The translations under genes were made by a program, and so were the position numbers. A stretch of DNA of 64,000 nucleotides, taken from the NCBI GenBank assembly GCA_951406725.2, contig OX597814.1, forward strand, positions 81,220,001 through 81,284,000. Direction: 5' to 3'. This document shows, piece after piece, positions 12,551 through 24,924 of this stretch (positions are counted from its first letter, which is position 1; each line of letters begins with the position of its first letter). Source of the DNA: Octopus vulgaris (lineage: Eukaryota). A model generated the notes under the pieces. It saw only the letters and a program-made list of their open reading frames with translations. It did no database searches and was not told the DNA's origin.

Positions 12551-12605
12551 TTATACCCCTTTGGAGAAAAATACATAGCCCTGCATATAAAATGAATGTG
12601 TGCAT

Positions 12606-12644
<39 letters not shown>

Positions 12645-12704
12645 GATGTGTATATATATATATATATATATAAGTGTGTGTGTATGTGTATATATATATA
12701 TATA

Positions 12705-13068
12705 TCTCTATATATAAACGGCAGTTTGTCTGTGCGTGTTTCTGTGTGTCTGTTTGCTTGTACCCTCACCCTGACCACGGCTTTCAACCGATTCTGATGA
12801 AACTTGACACACACATAGCCCAATGTCATAATTCAAAACTAACGCAGCGAAAATTTTGAAAAGTTCCCCCAGTTCTGAAAAAAATCGATAAATTCGACAT
12901 GGGGTCGAGAATCAGAAACACAAACCGTCTAGGGGACGCAACTCCACCTTTTTTTACTCTCAAAAAAAATTTACCATCATTTTTTTCCATTTTTTGGCTA
13001 TAACTCTCTAAAAATGCTTTATAGTTATTTCCCTTACAAACCTGAGCAACGCCGGGCGATACTGCTAG
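12705..13068 (+). mobile_element. Non-autonomous Helitron
   Basis: Begins TC after A (12704/5) and ends CTAG before T (13065-13068); GC-rich subterminal hairpin cctgagcaacgccggg at 13041-13056; no TSD; inserted in (TA)n. Confidence 0.85.
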
Positions 13069-13091
13069 TATATATATATATGTGTGTGTGA

Positions 13092-13350
13092 AGACACATG
13101 TTCTAGTGGTTAGGCTGTTGCATTCACAATTGCTAGATTGTGTGTTCAGTTCCCAAACCAGGCAACACGTGCTTTTGAGCAAAACTCTTCATATTGTGTT
13201 ACTCCAGTCTCCCTGTTAATCTGGGGAAAATGTTGGCATGCTCACCTACCCAGCGGTGTGGTATTATTTGAAGGTTAAAATCATGCAAAACACATTCATG
13301 CTTTGTGATCAACAATGCACAATATCTGATAGCCTGGTTGGTGATGTAAT
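13092..13350 (+). mobile_element. SINE family D-related, diverged
   Basis: tagtggttagg..cattcacaatt..gttcagttccc..ttgagcaaaactc..gttactccagt resembles the copies at 27352 and 36701. Confidence 0.6.
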
Positions 13351-13371
13351 CATATCATATGATATGTATTA

Positions 13372-13630
13372 TCGTCATCGTCATTTAACGTCCACTTTCC
13401 ATATTACTATGGATTGAATGGTTGACATGGAGCTGGCTAGCAGGGTGCTATCTGGACTCCAGCTTTCTGTCGAGGCATGGTTTCTTTGGCTGGATGCCCT
13501 TCCTAATGCCAACCACTTAACAGAGTATGCTGGGTGCTTTTTATGTGTCACCAGCACAAGTGCATTTAAGCAGGGGTATGTTAATGCAGCACTGACACAG
13601 ATGCTTTTTAAGTGGCACCAGCATCTGAAA
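13372..13630 (-). mobile_element. RTE-3'UTR-related repeat
   Basis: catcatttaacgtccactttcc...gctggatgcccttcctaatgccaaccac...gggtgctttttatgtgtcaccagc. Confidence 0.75.
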
Positions 13631-13688
13631 AGACAAGCCTGTGTGTGTGGAAGACAGAAATTTTACTTAGCTTGATGTGTATGTGTTA

Positions 13689-13732
<44 letters not shown>

Positions 13733-14205
13733 TAAATGTTCTTATGTAGGTAAGGTGTTTGCAAAGCAAAGAATTCAGTATGTTCAACAGTGAAGGATGA
13801 TAATTTAAAATTATATCTAAATTATATCTAAATGTGTGTGTACATACATACATGCTTGCTAGGTTAAGTTCAGCTGTGTATACTTACTTAAGTGTGAATT
13901 TCATTAAATACAACCTGCGATAGTGTCTCTTATATTCCAGTAATAAACATACGAATGTTGTAAACCCAGTAACTTAGCAACATATTCACTCAGGTGTAGC
14001 AAATTCCTGCTTTGGTAGGAAATACAAAAAATAGTGAGTGTTCCTCTTATGCTAGACAGTTGAAACCGACATTACAAGAACATCTGCCCTCCATACTTAA
14101 TCAATAAAATAATTACTTGTCATCGAGTAGGTATTAGTATTTCCAAAATGTTTCAGATTTTATGATAAATCCACATAATAGTTATGAATAGATTTTAATA
14201 TTTTG

Positions 14206-14434
14206 TTAACCCTTCAGCAGTCAGATTACCCTGTCAAGTGTAATGTTTATTTAATCACATTGTTTTAAATTAATCGGGGATTATCTTGCAGCTTTGAGAT
14301 TTCAATGATGTGATTGTTTATTTTTAGAATGACTTTTTAGGGTAGGTGTAAAAGCCTGGATCTGACTAGTTTGAATGTAAAACAGGTAAGAGTATTTTGA
14401 CTGGATATGGCCAGTTATATACTAAAGGTTTCAA
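14206..14434. mobile_element. piggyBac-like MITE (TTAA-CCC termini)
   Basis: Starts TTAA|CCCTTCAGCA and ends tactaaaggtttcaa; same family as 37135-37316 and 46103-46359. Confidence 0.65.
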
Positions 14435-17400
14435 CAAAGTTATATGAAGTGCAGCTTGCTGGATTAAAGGGTGTTGGCCAATTAGACTAAAGGGTTGACA
14501 GTTTTTATTTTGTTACCAGTGTCACATTGCACAATGTCTCCAGTAACAAAGACTTTTGACTCTTGTCAACCCAAGCTATCTAGTTGTAAATATGTTTTAT
14601 TTTTTAGTTTTTAGTTTTTTATCCCTAAGTCAGTCATATCATGAAAGGTATTCAAGCCATAATCATTCTGGCTTTTTGTATATATCAAAGATTATGTTAT
14701 CTAATTTGTGTCCTCATTTTTCTAAGATGAGGACACATAAGTGTGATTTCAGAAAGATTTGGGTAGTGTTTCTTTAGCTGGGGAAAATTGCTTTAGGTTG
14801 AAAAATTCTTTAATTGTACTGTTTTTGCTAGATTTCCTTTTCTTAATGTTGGTTTTACGAATATTAATGTTTAATTAACATATAACTGCTAATGCAATAC
14901 ACTGTGCTGTATTCATGACTACTTCTTTCTTATTAAATATGGTAGGAGATCAGGTTGGTGAACTGATAAACAGAGCATGGAGTCAGGATGGTGAGAGGGG
15001 GAGGTGGGCAAGATAAACAAGATGGTAAACTATTAAATTAGGTGGCAGGAATAAGTATGGTGAACTGGTAAAGAAGGGAAACTGAAATTGTGAATTTGTG
15101 AAGTGGGATAAAATTTGGTTGGTGAGCAGGTAAAAAAGGAAGTAAAGATAGCATCATAAAGTTGTGTTCGATTCTAGAATGGACAGCAGGTTGTGTCCTT
15201 GAGCAAAATACTTCATTTCACATCATTCCAGTCTACTCAGCTGAAAATGCATGCCAGCAGCTTCTGGGTTTTAACCTTGCAGTAAATAAATATCATGTCC
15301 AGAGGGAAACCTTGTACTCTCAGTTGCTTGTACCCCTTGGAAAATGGGATACGGTCTGACTTTATGAGCCTATGGATTCAAAACAGACTTTAATTTAACT
15401 TTATAGTGTGATATGAGTGAGATTTCCCAGCTGTTTCAAGCAAGTTGAGATTGTAGTTGTCACTGCTTTAACTCTATCAGGTTAAATTGATGAGTGTTTT
15501 AGTTAGCAACATATAGCACTAAGTCCATCTCCTTTAGGTGGATATATTCTGGAGAGAAGCAAACCCTACCAAGCAGAGACACACTACTTGAATGCTCTCA
15601 CCAAGCTTAATAACTTATACCAATTTACTACACTAACTAAATAGTCCCAGAGTCCTACAGCATTTAGATAGTCCTCCTTTATCTGCTCATCAATTAAGAG
15701 GTTTCTTATGATCATGACTGAAATTCTTTTGGACATGCTTCATCTCAATCAGGGACCTGGATCTAAACAATAATAACAAACAAACATAATTAGATAATTA
15801 ACCAAGATTGCTTATGGTTTGTGTAGAATGTGATTTATAATTTAATAATTAGATTAAATTTGTTTTGATTTCTTTAGAATTGTCAAGCTATAATTTTTTA
15901 AACCTTTTTTTGTTTAATGCTTTTTTTCTGTTTTTAACCTTCTGAGACATGGTGACCATAAAACTAAAGTGCTGAGCTACCTACTGAGTGTATGATTTGA
16001 GTTCAAACCTACAGCTATTACACTGTGCCTGTACAACCTTTGTGCAATGCATAATACTTCTTCAAGATTTCTAGCTGACATTAGCAATCAAGAAGAAAGA
16101 TCACTATTAATATTCATTTTTTATATTGGTACAAAGCCATAAATTTGTAACTGAATTAATTATTGGAGTATTCATACTTGCTTCATTAAAATTCCATCCC
16201 CACCACACCAGAGGGAACTTATAGTAAAGACAACTACACTGGGATTTGAACTTGGAGTATAAAGAGAACAATAATTTTTAAAAGTCCAACACTCCATTTA
16301 TTCCCTTATGAGGCCAGAATAATCCATAATTGTATCTCATATTTACCAAAAATATACTGTTGTCAATTCACTGCTGAATGAAGCCTCTGTATGTCTCTGC
16401 TGTCTTATCTATGCTGGTTGTAGGCCTACCTGTTATTTCATATTGGTTAGACTGCTTTACATGATCCAATAAGTTAGATATTGATATCTAGGTGGATTTT
16501 GAACTCAGAATATATAGAATCAGAACAAATACTACAAAACTTCTCATCTGAGTCTCTAATAATTCCCCCAATCCTGTACTTTAGATTCGTATTTAATTTA
16601 TCGACCCTGAAATGATGAAACTTGAAATTCAGTGATTGAAGTCTATTGTATTTTTTTTTTCTTCTTCACATAATTATTTCCAATCAGATTTTTAACCATA
16701 TCTACATTAGCATATGCTAACACCAACTTAACTACTGTGCTGTTTGAGCATTAAGAATCTTGACTATTTACACAACATAATGCTAGTGGCAGAATCATAA
16801 GAACTACTGATCTCTTGGGTCAGTGAGTCAGCCCTGTTCTCATCTTCTGAAAATATCTAAAATATCATCTAAAATGGATATTTCTTACAAAGAAAACTGT
16901 TTAGGTTTCAACATCTATAGATTCCTTCTGTGAACTTTTTTTCTTGTTATTATGTAATGTGCCTACCCTTTGGGGAATGAAGGATTAATAGTTTAGAGAA
17001 AGCTAAGGTGATTTTTAGAAGGCAATCTTAACATTTATTGTCGAAGTTCTTGAAACATTATCGTAAAACTTGGCATGAGATTGCATGAGAGCCATTCAGA
17101 TTTAGTGAGATTTTCATTAACAGAGAATTACAGCAAACTCTTCACAACCATAACAATAAAAATATATATAAAAAAGAAAAAATATGCTACACAACAACTA
17201 CAATAAAAGTAAGAAATGAAGAAATAAACCAGTAACAATCTTTTCTTTTTCTACAATGAATAAATGGTGCTGCAGCAGATAATTGAGTATATAACACGAA
17301 ATGCAATACAAAAGAAGTTTTCTTCCATTGACTTCTTCCTAATTTTAGAGACCACTACATGAAAATCAAAAACAAATAAAAAAGTGAAAACATAAATGCA

Positions 17401-17705
17401 TACACGCACACACACAAACACACAAATAAATACATAAACATTCTCATTATTAAGGAGTATAGAAATCTGAATAGGAGTATCTTTTCAAAAGATATAACCT
17501 GATAATGATAATAATAATAATGATAAGAAGAAGAAGAAGAAGAAAAAGAAAAAGAATGAATGAATGAAGATGATAAAAAGGAATCTTAAAATAAGAAAGT
17601 ATTTAGAAAAAGGGTTAGGGTTATATCTTATAGGGAACCACCAACAAGTCATTTTCCTTTGCAATTGTTTGTAAGGAGACTGATATGCAAACAGTGGTGA
17701 AAGAC

Positions 17706-17935
17706 CTATTCCTTTACTACCTACAAGGGGCTAAACACAGAGGAGACAAACAAGGACGGACAGATGGATTAAGTCGATTATATCGACCCCAGTGCATAAC
17801 TGGTACTTAATTTATCGACCCTGAAAGAATGAAAGGCAAAGTCAACCTCGGCGGAATTTGAACTCAGAACATAGTGACAGACAAAATACCGCTTAGCATT
17901 TTGCCCGGCTAACATTTCTGCCAGCTCACCACCTA
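17706..17935 (-). mobile_element. SINE family A, full-length
   Basis: Closely similar to 12320-12550 over its length. Confidence 0.9.
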
Positions 17936-18639
17936 CCAAACTCTTTGATGTTGGTGTCCACAGAATACTTCAGACATTGATAACATTGAATACTTCAGAC
18001 ATTGAAGAGGTCATGACTGAGTGAGGCATGAGGTTATGTTTAGAATATATAAATAATCAATTACTGTCCTTGTTTAATCCCTGGTCAGGATAGATATTAT
18101 CAGTGGTATTCCAACCATATCCATCATGTCTGTTTTTTTCTATGGGCAGGAAACCTTGGATCACATGGTCCAATGTGTTCTTTTCTAGAATTTGAGAAAT
18201 ATTTGACTATCATTTTAGGATGTTGAGTTATCACACAGAGGCTCCTTATCATTCACTGGTGGTAATTTTTTTGCTTTAACTTACACACAAGTTGAAAAAT
18301 TTGGAATCAAGAGTACAATCAATTAAATTGTACCCTGGATTTGACTGGTAAGAGCATCAGACAAAACACCTTGCAGTATGTATTTTGGTCCTTTGTATTC
18401 TGGATTTACAGTCTACTAAAGTCCAAAATTGCCATCTTAATCTTTTCTAAATCTTTTAGTATCTAGACCTAATAAACCCATGAGAGTATTGTAGTTCTAT
18501 GTACACTTTGTTTGGAGCAAGGATAGGACAGTCACAGCCAGAATACCTTTTGAATACAGAGTTGTTTGATCAAAACTGAGCTGTAGTTAAACAATGTCAA
18601 TAAAGCTCCACTGCTGAAAATAGTACATGATCATGTACT

Positions 18640-18772
18640 CTTTTACTTGTTTCAGCCTTTATGACAGGCTTCCTTAAGTTTCCGTCTACCAAATCCACTC
18701 ACAAGGCTTTGGTCGGCCCGAATCATGTGGTTTATAAGCAAGCTACTTACCACACAGCCACTCCTACGCCTA
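18640..18772 (-). mobile_element. SINE family B with two internal deletions
   Basis: Tail end (cttttacttgtttcag) is joined directly to the head module (tttccgtctaccaaatccactcacaaggctttggtcggcccg ... accacacagccactcct). Confidence 0.75.
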
Positions 18773-19025
18773 GTCGAGGATTTTGTTTTACAGCTACATG
18801 ATTTTGAGATTGAACCCACTATGTTTCACTTTGGGTCAACCAATACCTTGTAAGTAAAATTTAGTAGATGCAAACTGTACAGGAGTTCATCATGTGTATG
18901 TCTTTTAGCAATATTTATCAATAAAAGATGTGCATGTTGGCGAAGAAAATATTAAATTGGTGCATTCAAACAAAATCAAATCATTGACACTCCCTTGTCA
19001 CTCACACCAATTATGCTTTTTTCAG

Positions 19026-19043
19026 AAAATGCATTATATAAAA
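19026..19043 (+). other. Candidate 18-nt microexon
   Basis: ttaTGCttttttcAG|AAAATGCATTATATAAAA|GTAAGT; frame-preserving, two of three phases are open. No flanking exons identified. Confidence 0.2.
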
Positions 19044-21028
19044 GTAAGTAAATTAATTGATAAGTAGCCAGTTAGCTTAAGAGTGCCAAGTTCAAACCAT
19101 TCTAGCTTTAGCATATTACAAAAGATTACACATGTTTTTCAAGTAGATATCAGATATCATTCTTTTTATTGCTTCTTTTATCTTGCATTTTATTCTATTT
19201 TGATAAAAAGTTCACCCGAAATATGTCAACGTCTTTTCCTCTTTTTAACGTACTATTCACTTTACACAACACTTATTGTTATTTCTTTCTTGTATATTTA
19301 CAATTTGTCCATCACTTTTCAAATTTTTGGTCGACCTGTTGTAACTTCTCGTGCTGTCCATCTCTTTGCCTCTTATTCCCTTCATTCCATTTGGGCTATT
19401 TTACCTATCACCTTTTGATATAACTGGAGCAGAAATATCAGAAACACTCCCATTTATCTAATATTCTGAAACCCCTGGTGAATTCTGTTACCAAACAGTC
19501 CTTTGATCAAATGTTATCCAGCCATGACCTTCCCAATTTTTTAAAGACATTAGTACATAATTTGAGAAAAGGTGATCAATTGGCAGAATTGGTAAAGTGT
19601 CAGTTTCAATGTTTTGTGGTATCTTACTCTGGCTCTGTGTGCTCTAAATTCAAATCCTTAAATCCTTGCTAGGATTGACTTTGCCTTTCACCTTTACAGA
19701 GTTGACCAATAAAATTCCAGTTCAGGGTAGGGAATTGGTGGAACTGTTAAAATACCAGACAAGATGCCTTGCAATATCTGTTCTGGCTCTTTGTTTAGAT
19801 TCTGTGTCTTAATACCAACCTTCTCATAATAGGAAATATGGCCCAGCTAACACTGATTGTCCTCTAGTATCAAGCAGAACAACACAACAACTGAAGCAAC
19901 AACTAGATTTCCATCAATATGCATAATTATAAAAATAAAAGAGAACTCTTCACTGAAACAGTTAAACACTAAAAAAAAGAATATGTGTAACTTGAAGTAT
20001 ATTTGGCTGCTATTTCTAGCAGTTTCAGTAACTACACAGAGGCTCCCTCCTTGTCTCTATCACATTTATCTAGAATATAATTTAGAGAGTGATGAGCTCT
20101 AGTAGATTAACCTGCTTTTGGTAGACAACATAAAGTCAATGAAATCTTCAAATGATATCCTTGTCAAACACTCAAAGAGATTAATCTTTTAGTTTATATG
20201 CCAAAATCCATGATTATTACTTTTTAAATTAAGTGAATATAATCTCATAAAAGCATTGTTGATATCATTTGAAGACTTCACGGACTTCGTGTTTCAATGG
20301 TTTATTTGAAATTATCTACACAGTGAGACGCGATGACTGAGACTAAATTGCTCTGCCAGTAGATCCACAGTCATGAATTCAAACCATTCTAGGTGCCATG
20401 TTTATTGCATTGAGCTCCTGGGCCATTTATACCACCTTTCGGGTCACAGTCTACTTAACTGGCAAATGGGTGCCATTCTTACTTCATAGCTGTTGTTGTT
20501 GTTTATCTTCAACCCTAATAAAGTAGGAAATACTTTTTAACTATGACCATCTCCTCTTCATTTTCTCAGAGTTACATTCACAACTAAACTAACCAATGTG
20601 TCCCTATTGTTCTAAGATGATCAGGTATATTTTGAGGAAGACTTTGCTACTATTTCTAGTAGTCATCTGAAGACACAGAAAAGACTTTTATCATTAAAAA
20701 TACCATGGCTCAATAAATATGTAAATGTACCGGTTTCAAAAGATTACCATCCAGTCTTTGGTAGCACAGAAAAAGAAAATCGAAAATAATAAAAGTCTTT
20801 ATAATAATATTTTAGTGTTATTCTAAACCTCTAGTGCTACACATTAAAATTTGATAAGCCATAAACTTACACAGTAATGTTTCTTGTCTATTTAAGTTTG
20901 ACAGGATGTAAATAAAAGGAATTCCAATAGCACTTCAACAGTGAATTATTAAGTAATATGCAAAGCTACATTATGTTTATATGATAATTTTCATGAAAAA
21001 CAAAATAAAAGGGGGGGGGTTAAAGACT

Positions 21029-21270
21029 TAACCCTTTACCATATTTTTGGTGAGAAATACAGCTTATATTTTTTAATTAATTTTGAATATAATCAAGACT
21101 TTGAGAAGATTTAGTAAAATAAATTAATATGCTGTTTAAAACATAACAAAAATATTCTAAGATAAAATGATAGACAGTTTTAATTTAAATCTGTGCATTC
21201 TAAACTGAGTGATTTTGTATAATAGAACTAGTGGAAGTCTCAGGTGGGTTAACATTAAAAGAGTTTTAAG
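21029..21270. mobile_element. piggyBac-like MITE, second family, decayed
   Basis: ttaaccctttacc... ...gtctcaggtgggttaacattaaaagagtt; the 3' end resembles 42397-42440. Confidence 0.4.
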
Positions 21271-21439
21271 GACATTGTAATAAAGCTGAAAGCTAATAGC
21301 CACATGTCTGATATTTCTTTTTTTACCATTGGCTGAAGTTATATCACTCTAATTCAATTACTCTTGACGTGTAAATCATAATATCCATTTTATTTCAAAC
21401 AGAGCAGTTTGTCAATGTTATGTGATTAAGTGATGAACC

Positions 21440-21620
21440 TAGGCACAGGTTTGGCTGTGTGGTTATGTGGTTTAGAAGGTCACTTTGCAACCACATGGTT
21501 TCAGGTTCAATCCCACTGTGTGACACCTTGAGCAAGTGTCTTCAACTACAGCCCTAGATTGACCATAGCCTTGTGAGTAAATTTAGTAGATAGAAAGTGT
21601 ATGAAAACCCATCGTATATA
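21440..21620 (+). mobile_element. SINE family B head (tail module at 22665-22810), split by an RTE insertion
   Basis: ggctgtgtggtta..caggttcaatcccactgtgtgacaccttgagcaagtgtc..cccatcgtatata; the tail resumes after the LINE. Confidence 0.8.
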
Positions 21621-22606
21621 TCATCATTATCATTATCATGTAACATCCATTTTTCATGCTGGCATGAGTTGGATGGTTTGACTGAGGACTGGCAAGCTGG
21701 AAGGCTGTACCAGGCTCCAATCTGATCTGATAAGGTTTCTACAACTGGATGCCCTTCCTAATGCCAACCACTCCAAGATTGTAGTGGGTGCTTTTTACAT
21801 GCCACCAGCATGAGGGCCAGCAAGGCAGTACTGGCATCGACCACACTTGAATGGTGCTTTTTACGTTCCACCAGCATAGAAGCCAGTCAGGTGGCGCTGG
21901 CAACCACTACACTCAAATGGTGCTTTTTATGTGCCACTGTCACGGGAGCAAGTTAGGTGGCACTGGTATTGACCATGCTCGAATGGTGCTTTTTACATGC
22001 CACTAGCACAGGAGCCAGTCAGACAACACTGGCAACTACCATGCTCAAATGGTGCTTTTTACATGTCACTGGCACAGGAGCCAGTCAGGCAGCACTGGCA
22101 TCGACCATGCTTGAATGGTGCATTTTGCATGCCACCGGCATGAGTGCCAGTCAGGCAGTAATGGCATCAGCCATGACAATGATTTCACTTGATTCAACAG
22201 GTCTTCTCAAGCACAGTTTATTGCCCAATGATTGAAGGGTACCCTTAAATGGTCCTGTTATGCTACACTGACATAGACCATGGTTACAGTCTCACGACAT
22301 ATTTCCAAAGGTCTCAGTCACTTGTCATTGCCTCTGTGAAGCCCAATGTTTGAAGGTTGTGCTCCACTACCTCATCCCAGGTCGTCCTGGGCCTACCTCT
22401 TCTACAGGATCCCTTTACTGTTAGGGTGTGACACTTTTTCACACAGCTGTCCTCATCCATATGCATCACATTACCATACCACTGCAGTCGTCTCCTTGCA
22501 CACAACATCTGATGCTTCTTATGTCCAACTTTTCTCTCAGAGTACTTACACTCTGTCATGTATGCACACTGACATTATACATCCAGCAGAGCATACTAGC
22601 TTTCTA

Positions 22607-22608
<2 letters not shown>
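21620..22608 (-). mobile_element. RTE LINE 3' fragment: ORF C-terminus, 3' UTR with 66-bp array, (GAT)n tail
   Basis: SMLCWM and RRLQWYGNVMHMDEDSCVKKCHTLTVKGSCRRGRPRTTWDEVV are RTE C-terminal motifs (ORF 22314..22559); collinear with 24925-25646. Confidence 0.9.
21787..22170. repeat. 66-bp tandem array (about 6 units) in the RTE 3' UTR
   Basis: GGTGC(T/A)TTTT recurs at 21787, 21853, 21919, 21985, 22051 and 22117. Confidence 0.95.
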
Positions 22609-22651
<43 letters not shown>

Positions 22652-22929
22652 TATATAAATAATATGAGTGTGTGTGTGTGTGTGTGTGTATACATGTGTT
22701 TGTCTCCCCACCATTTGACAACTGGTGTTGACTTGTTCATGTCTCTGGAAGAGACTGATAAAATAATGATCAGCATGGCCACAGTCCAGTAACAGAAACA
22801 AGTAAACAATAGAATATATGTGTGCCATATATTGATACAAAATCTAAATACAGAATCCAGTTCAAAATAATACCTTCTATCCTCAATTCTTCATTAGAAT
22901 TAGAAATAATTAATATATAATTATAGGTT

Positions 22930-23275
22930 ACAGGCATTGCTGTGTGGTAAGAAACTTGCATCCCATCCACATAGATCTGGGTTCAGTCCCACTGTGTGGC
23001 ACTTTGGGCAAGTGACTTCTATTGTATCTTCAGGCTGACCAAAGCCTAGTGTGTGTGTGTGTCTTTGTGTTTCTGTCCCCCACTACTACTTGACAGCCAG
23101 TGTTGGTGTGTTTACATCCCTGTAACCTAGCAGTTTGGCAAAACAGATCAATAGAATAATTGCCAGGCTTTAAAAGAAAAAGTACTGAGATTGATTCATT
23201 CAACTAAAATTTTTCAAGGCTGTGCTCCAACATGGCCGCAGTTTAGTGACTGAAACAAATAAAGGATAAAAGTTA
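22930..23275 (+). mobile_element. SINE family B, near full-length
   Basis: gctgtgtggtaagaaacttgc..gggttcagtcccactgtgtggcactttgggcaagtg..(TG)n..gtgactgaaacaa. Confidence 0.85.
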
Positions 23276-24924
23276 AAAGATACTTATTCATTCAAAGATC
23301 TAAAGTAGCCTAAAACATATTTGTTTTTTGTTTGTTTGGTTTTTTTTTAACTCTGGCTACAAATATCTCATAATGAGCCTGAAGGGAAATCTAAATCTTA
23401 GGCTTAAAACATTTTAAAGCACTATATTCTAAGCTATTCATAGCCCTGCTTTTGAAGCTCCTGCAGCTGATTCTATCTGCTATCTTTGCTTGATTAGCTC
23501 CACTAAAATGCTCCCATTTATTTTTATCTGGAAATTTTCAAAGTGCTTACTGTGTTCTCTTATATGGTGCTTGTGATGATTGGATTAAGGAATATTTTAT
23601 TCAAAGATTATAAATCTTACTTTATGGTAAAATTCTCACACCTATCTTTGAAATAATTCTGTTGATTTTGAGAGGAATATAAAAGGTGCTTTCAGTATAA
23701 ATTCTGTAATTATTCTGAAACCTAATAATATAAGTGGATTATAAAAATCACTTTGATGCTTTTATGAGATTATATTCACTTAATTTAAAAAGAAATAATC
23801 ATGGCTTTTGGCACATAAACTAAAGATTCATCTCTCTGAGTCTTTGATTGCCTTGAATATTTTATACCTCATGGCAATTACTCTCCAACAAGTCTAGCAG
23901 AAACTGAGTAAATGTGTTTCTTGGTACAAGGGTCACTTGTGATAATATTCCTTATTAGTGCATCTAATGCTAACCCACTTGGTTTATTTTGCTGGTATTT
24001 ATCTATCAAGAATAAAGTGACTTGATAGTAAATTACAAGTACAAGTTAAGTTGATCAAAATAGCTGAGGGGAAGTTCTTGCAGGCTCTTAATAAATATTC
24101 ATATGTGCCACATAGGAAATACAGATGTTTAAATATCAGACAATATATTGAGATCACATCTCATTAAATTGGACTATGTTGATGAGATAAGGTTGTCAGA
24201 AAGAAAATTGATTGGTCACAAGTAACTTTAGTACAGGTCAATGATGTAGCCTTGCAGTATTTTGTTCTGGTTCTTTACATTCTGAGTTCAAGTATCGCTA
24301 AGGTCAACTTTGTCTATTATCCTTGGTGGGACTTTTAAAATTTAGTGCCAGTAAAGAGTAGTGGACTGGAGGAAGTATAAGAATATTCAACTGAATTCTT
24401 TGTAGTATTTGTTCCAGCTCTTTATATTCTGAGAGCCTCTGCTGACAGGACCAGTGCTAGGAAGTGCAAAGCCCTCAACTTTTGCAAAAGCTGATGATTG
24501 ATATTTTATACTTTGTGTAGTACACCAGTTGCAGTCAATAAACATTGAGAGGTTGAAGCTCCACCATTAGCCTCAATGATATACTAAAAATTCATCATAG
24601 CATCCTCCACTCACATGTGTACACAGGAGCCCTCTCATGGCATGGGGCTCAATCTGAACAGATCTGTCTAATGGGCTTAAAACCAGACATGTCTGCAGGA
24701 ATGACAAATTATGTCTGTATCTAGCCAAGATGGTGTCTTGTAAAAAAAAAATATCCAAAAGGAGGCAATAAGAAACCATTTTTGCATTTCACTATGAAAC
24801 TTTTATAGCATTTGTAAGGTAAGTTACCAGAACATGTCTACAATCTGATGTCACAATTTGAAAGAAGGACTCCTGGTACTTACTATTTTGTTACCATGCC
24901 TGGTACTTACAATTTTGTTACATA

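Noticed and set aside
12790-12810. CTGATGAAAC as a hammerhead core
   Set aside because: No stem II separates the cores; it is internal Helitron sequence.
19230-19460. Minus-strand frame ending NNNKCCVK* (CaaX-like)
   Set aside because: It has an internal stop, no convincing acceptor and no recognisable homology.
21787-22170. CRISPR-like 66-bp periodicity
   Set aside because: The would-be spacers are homologous to each other, the array lies in a LINE 3' UTR, the context is eukaryotic and there are no cas genes.
21957-22235. ORF with a 22-aa repeat (TMLEWCFLHAT...)
   Set aside because: It follows from the 66-bp unit being a multiple of 3, is antisense to the LINE and is not preserved in other copies.
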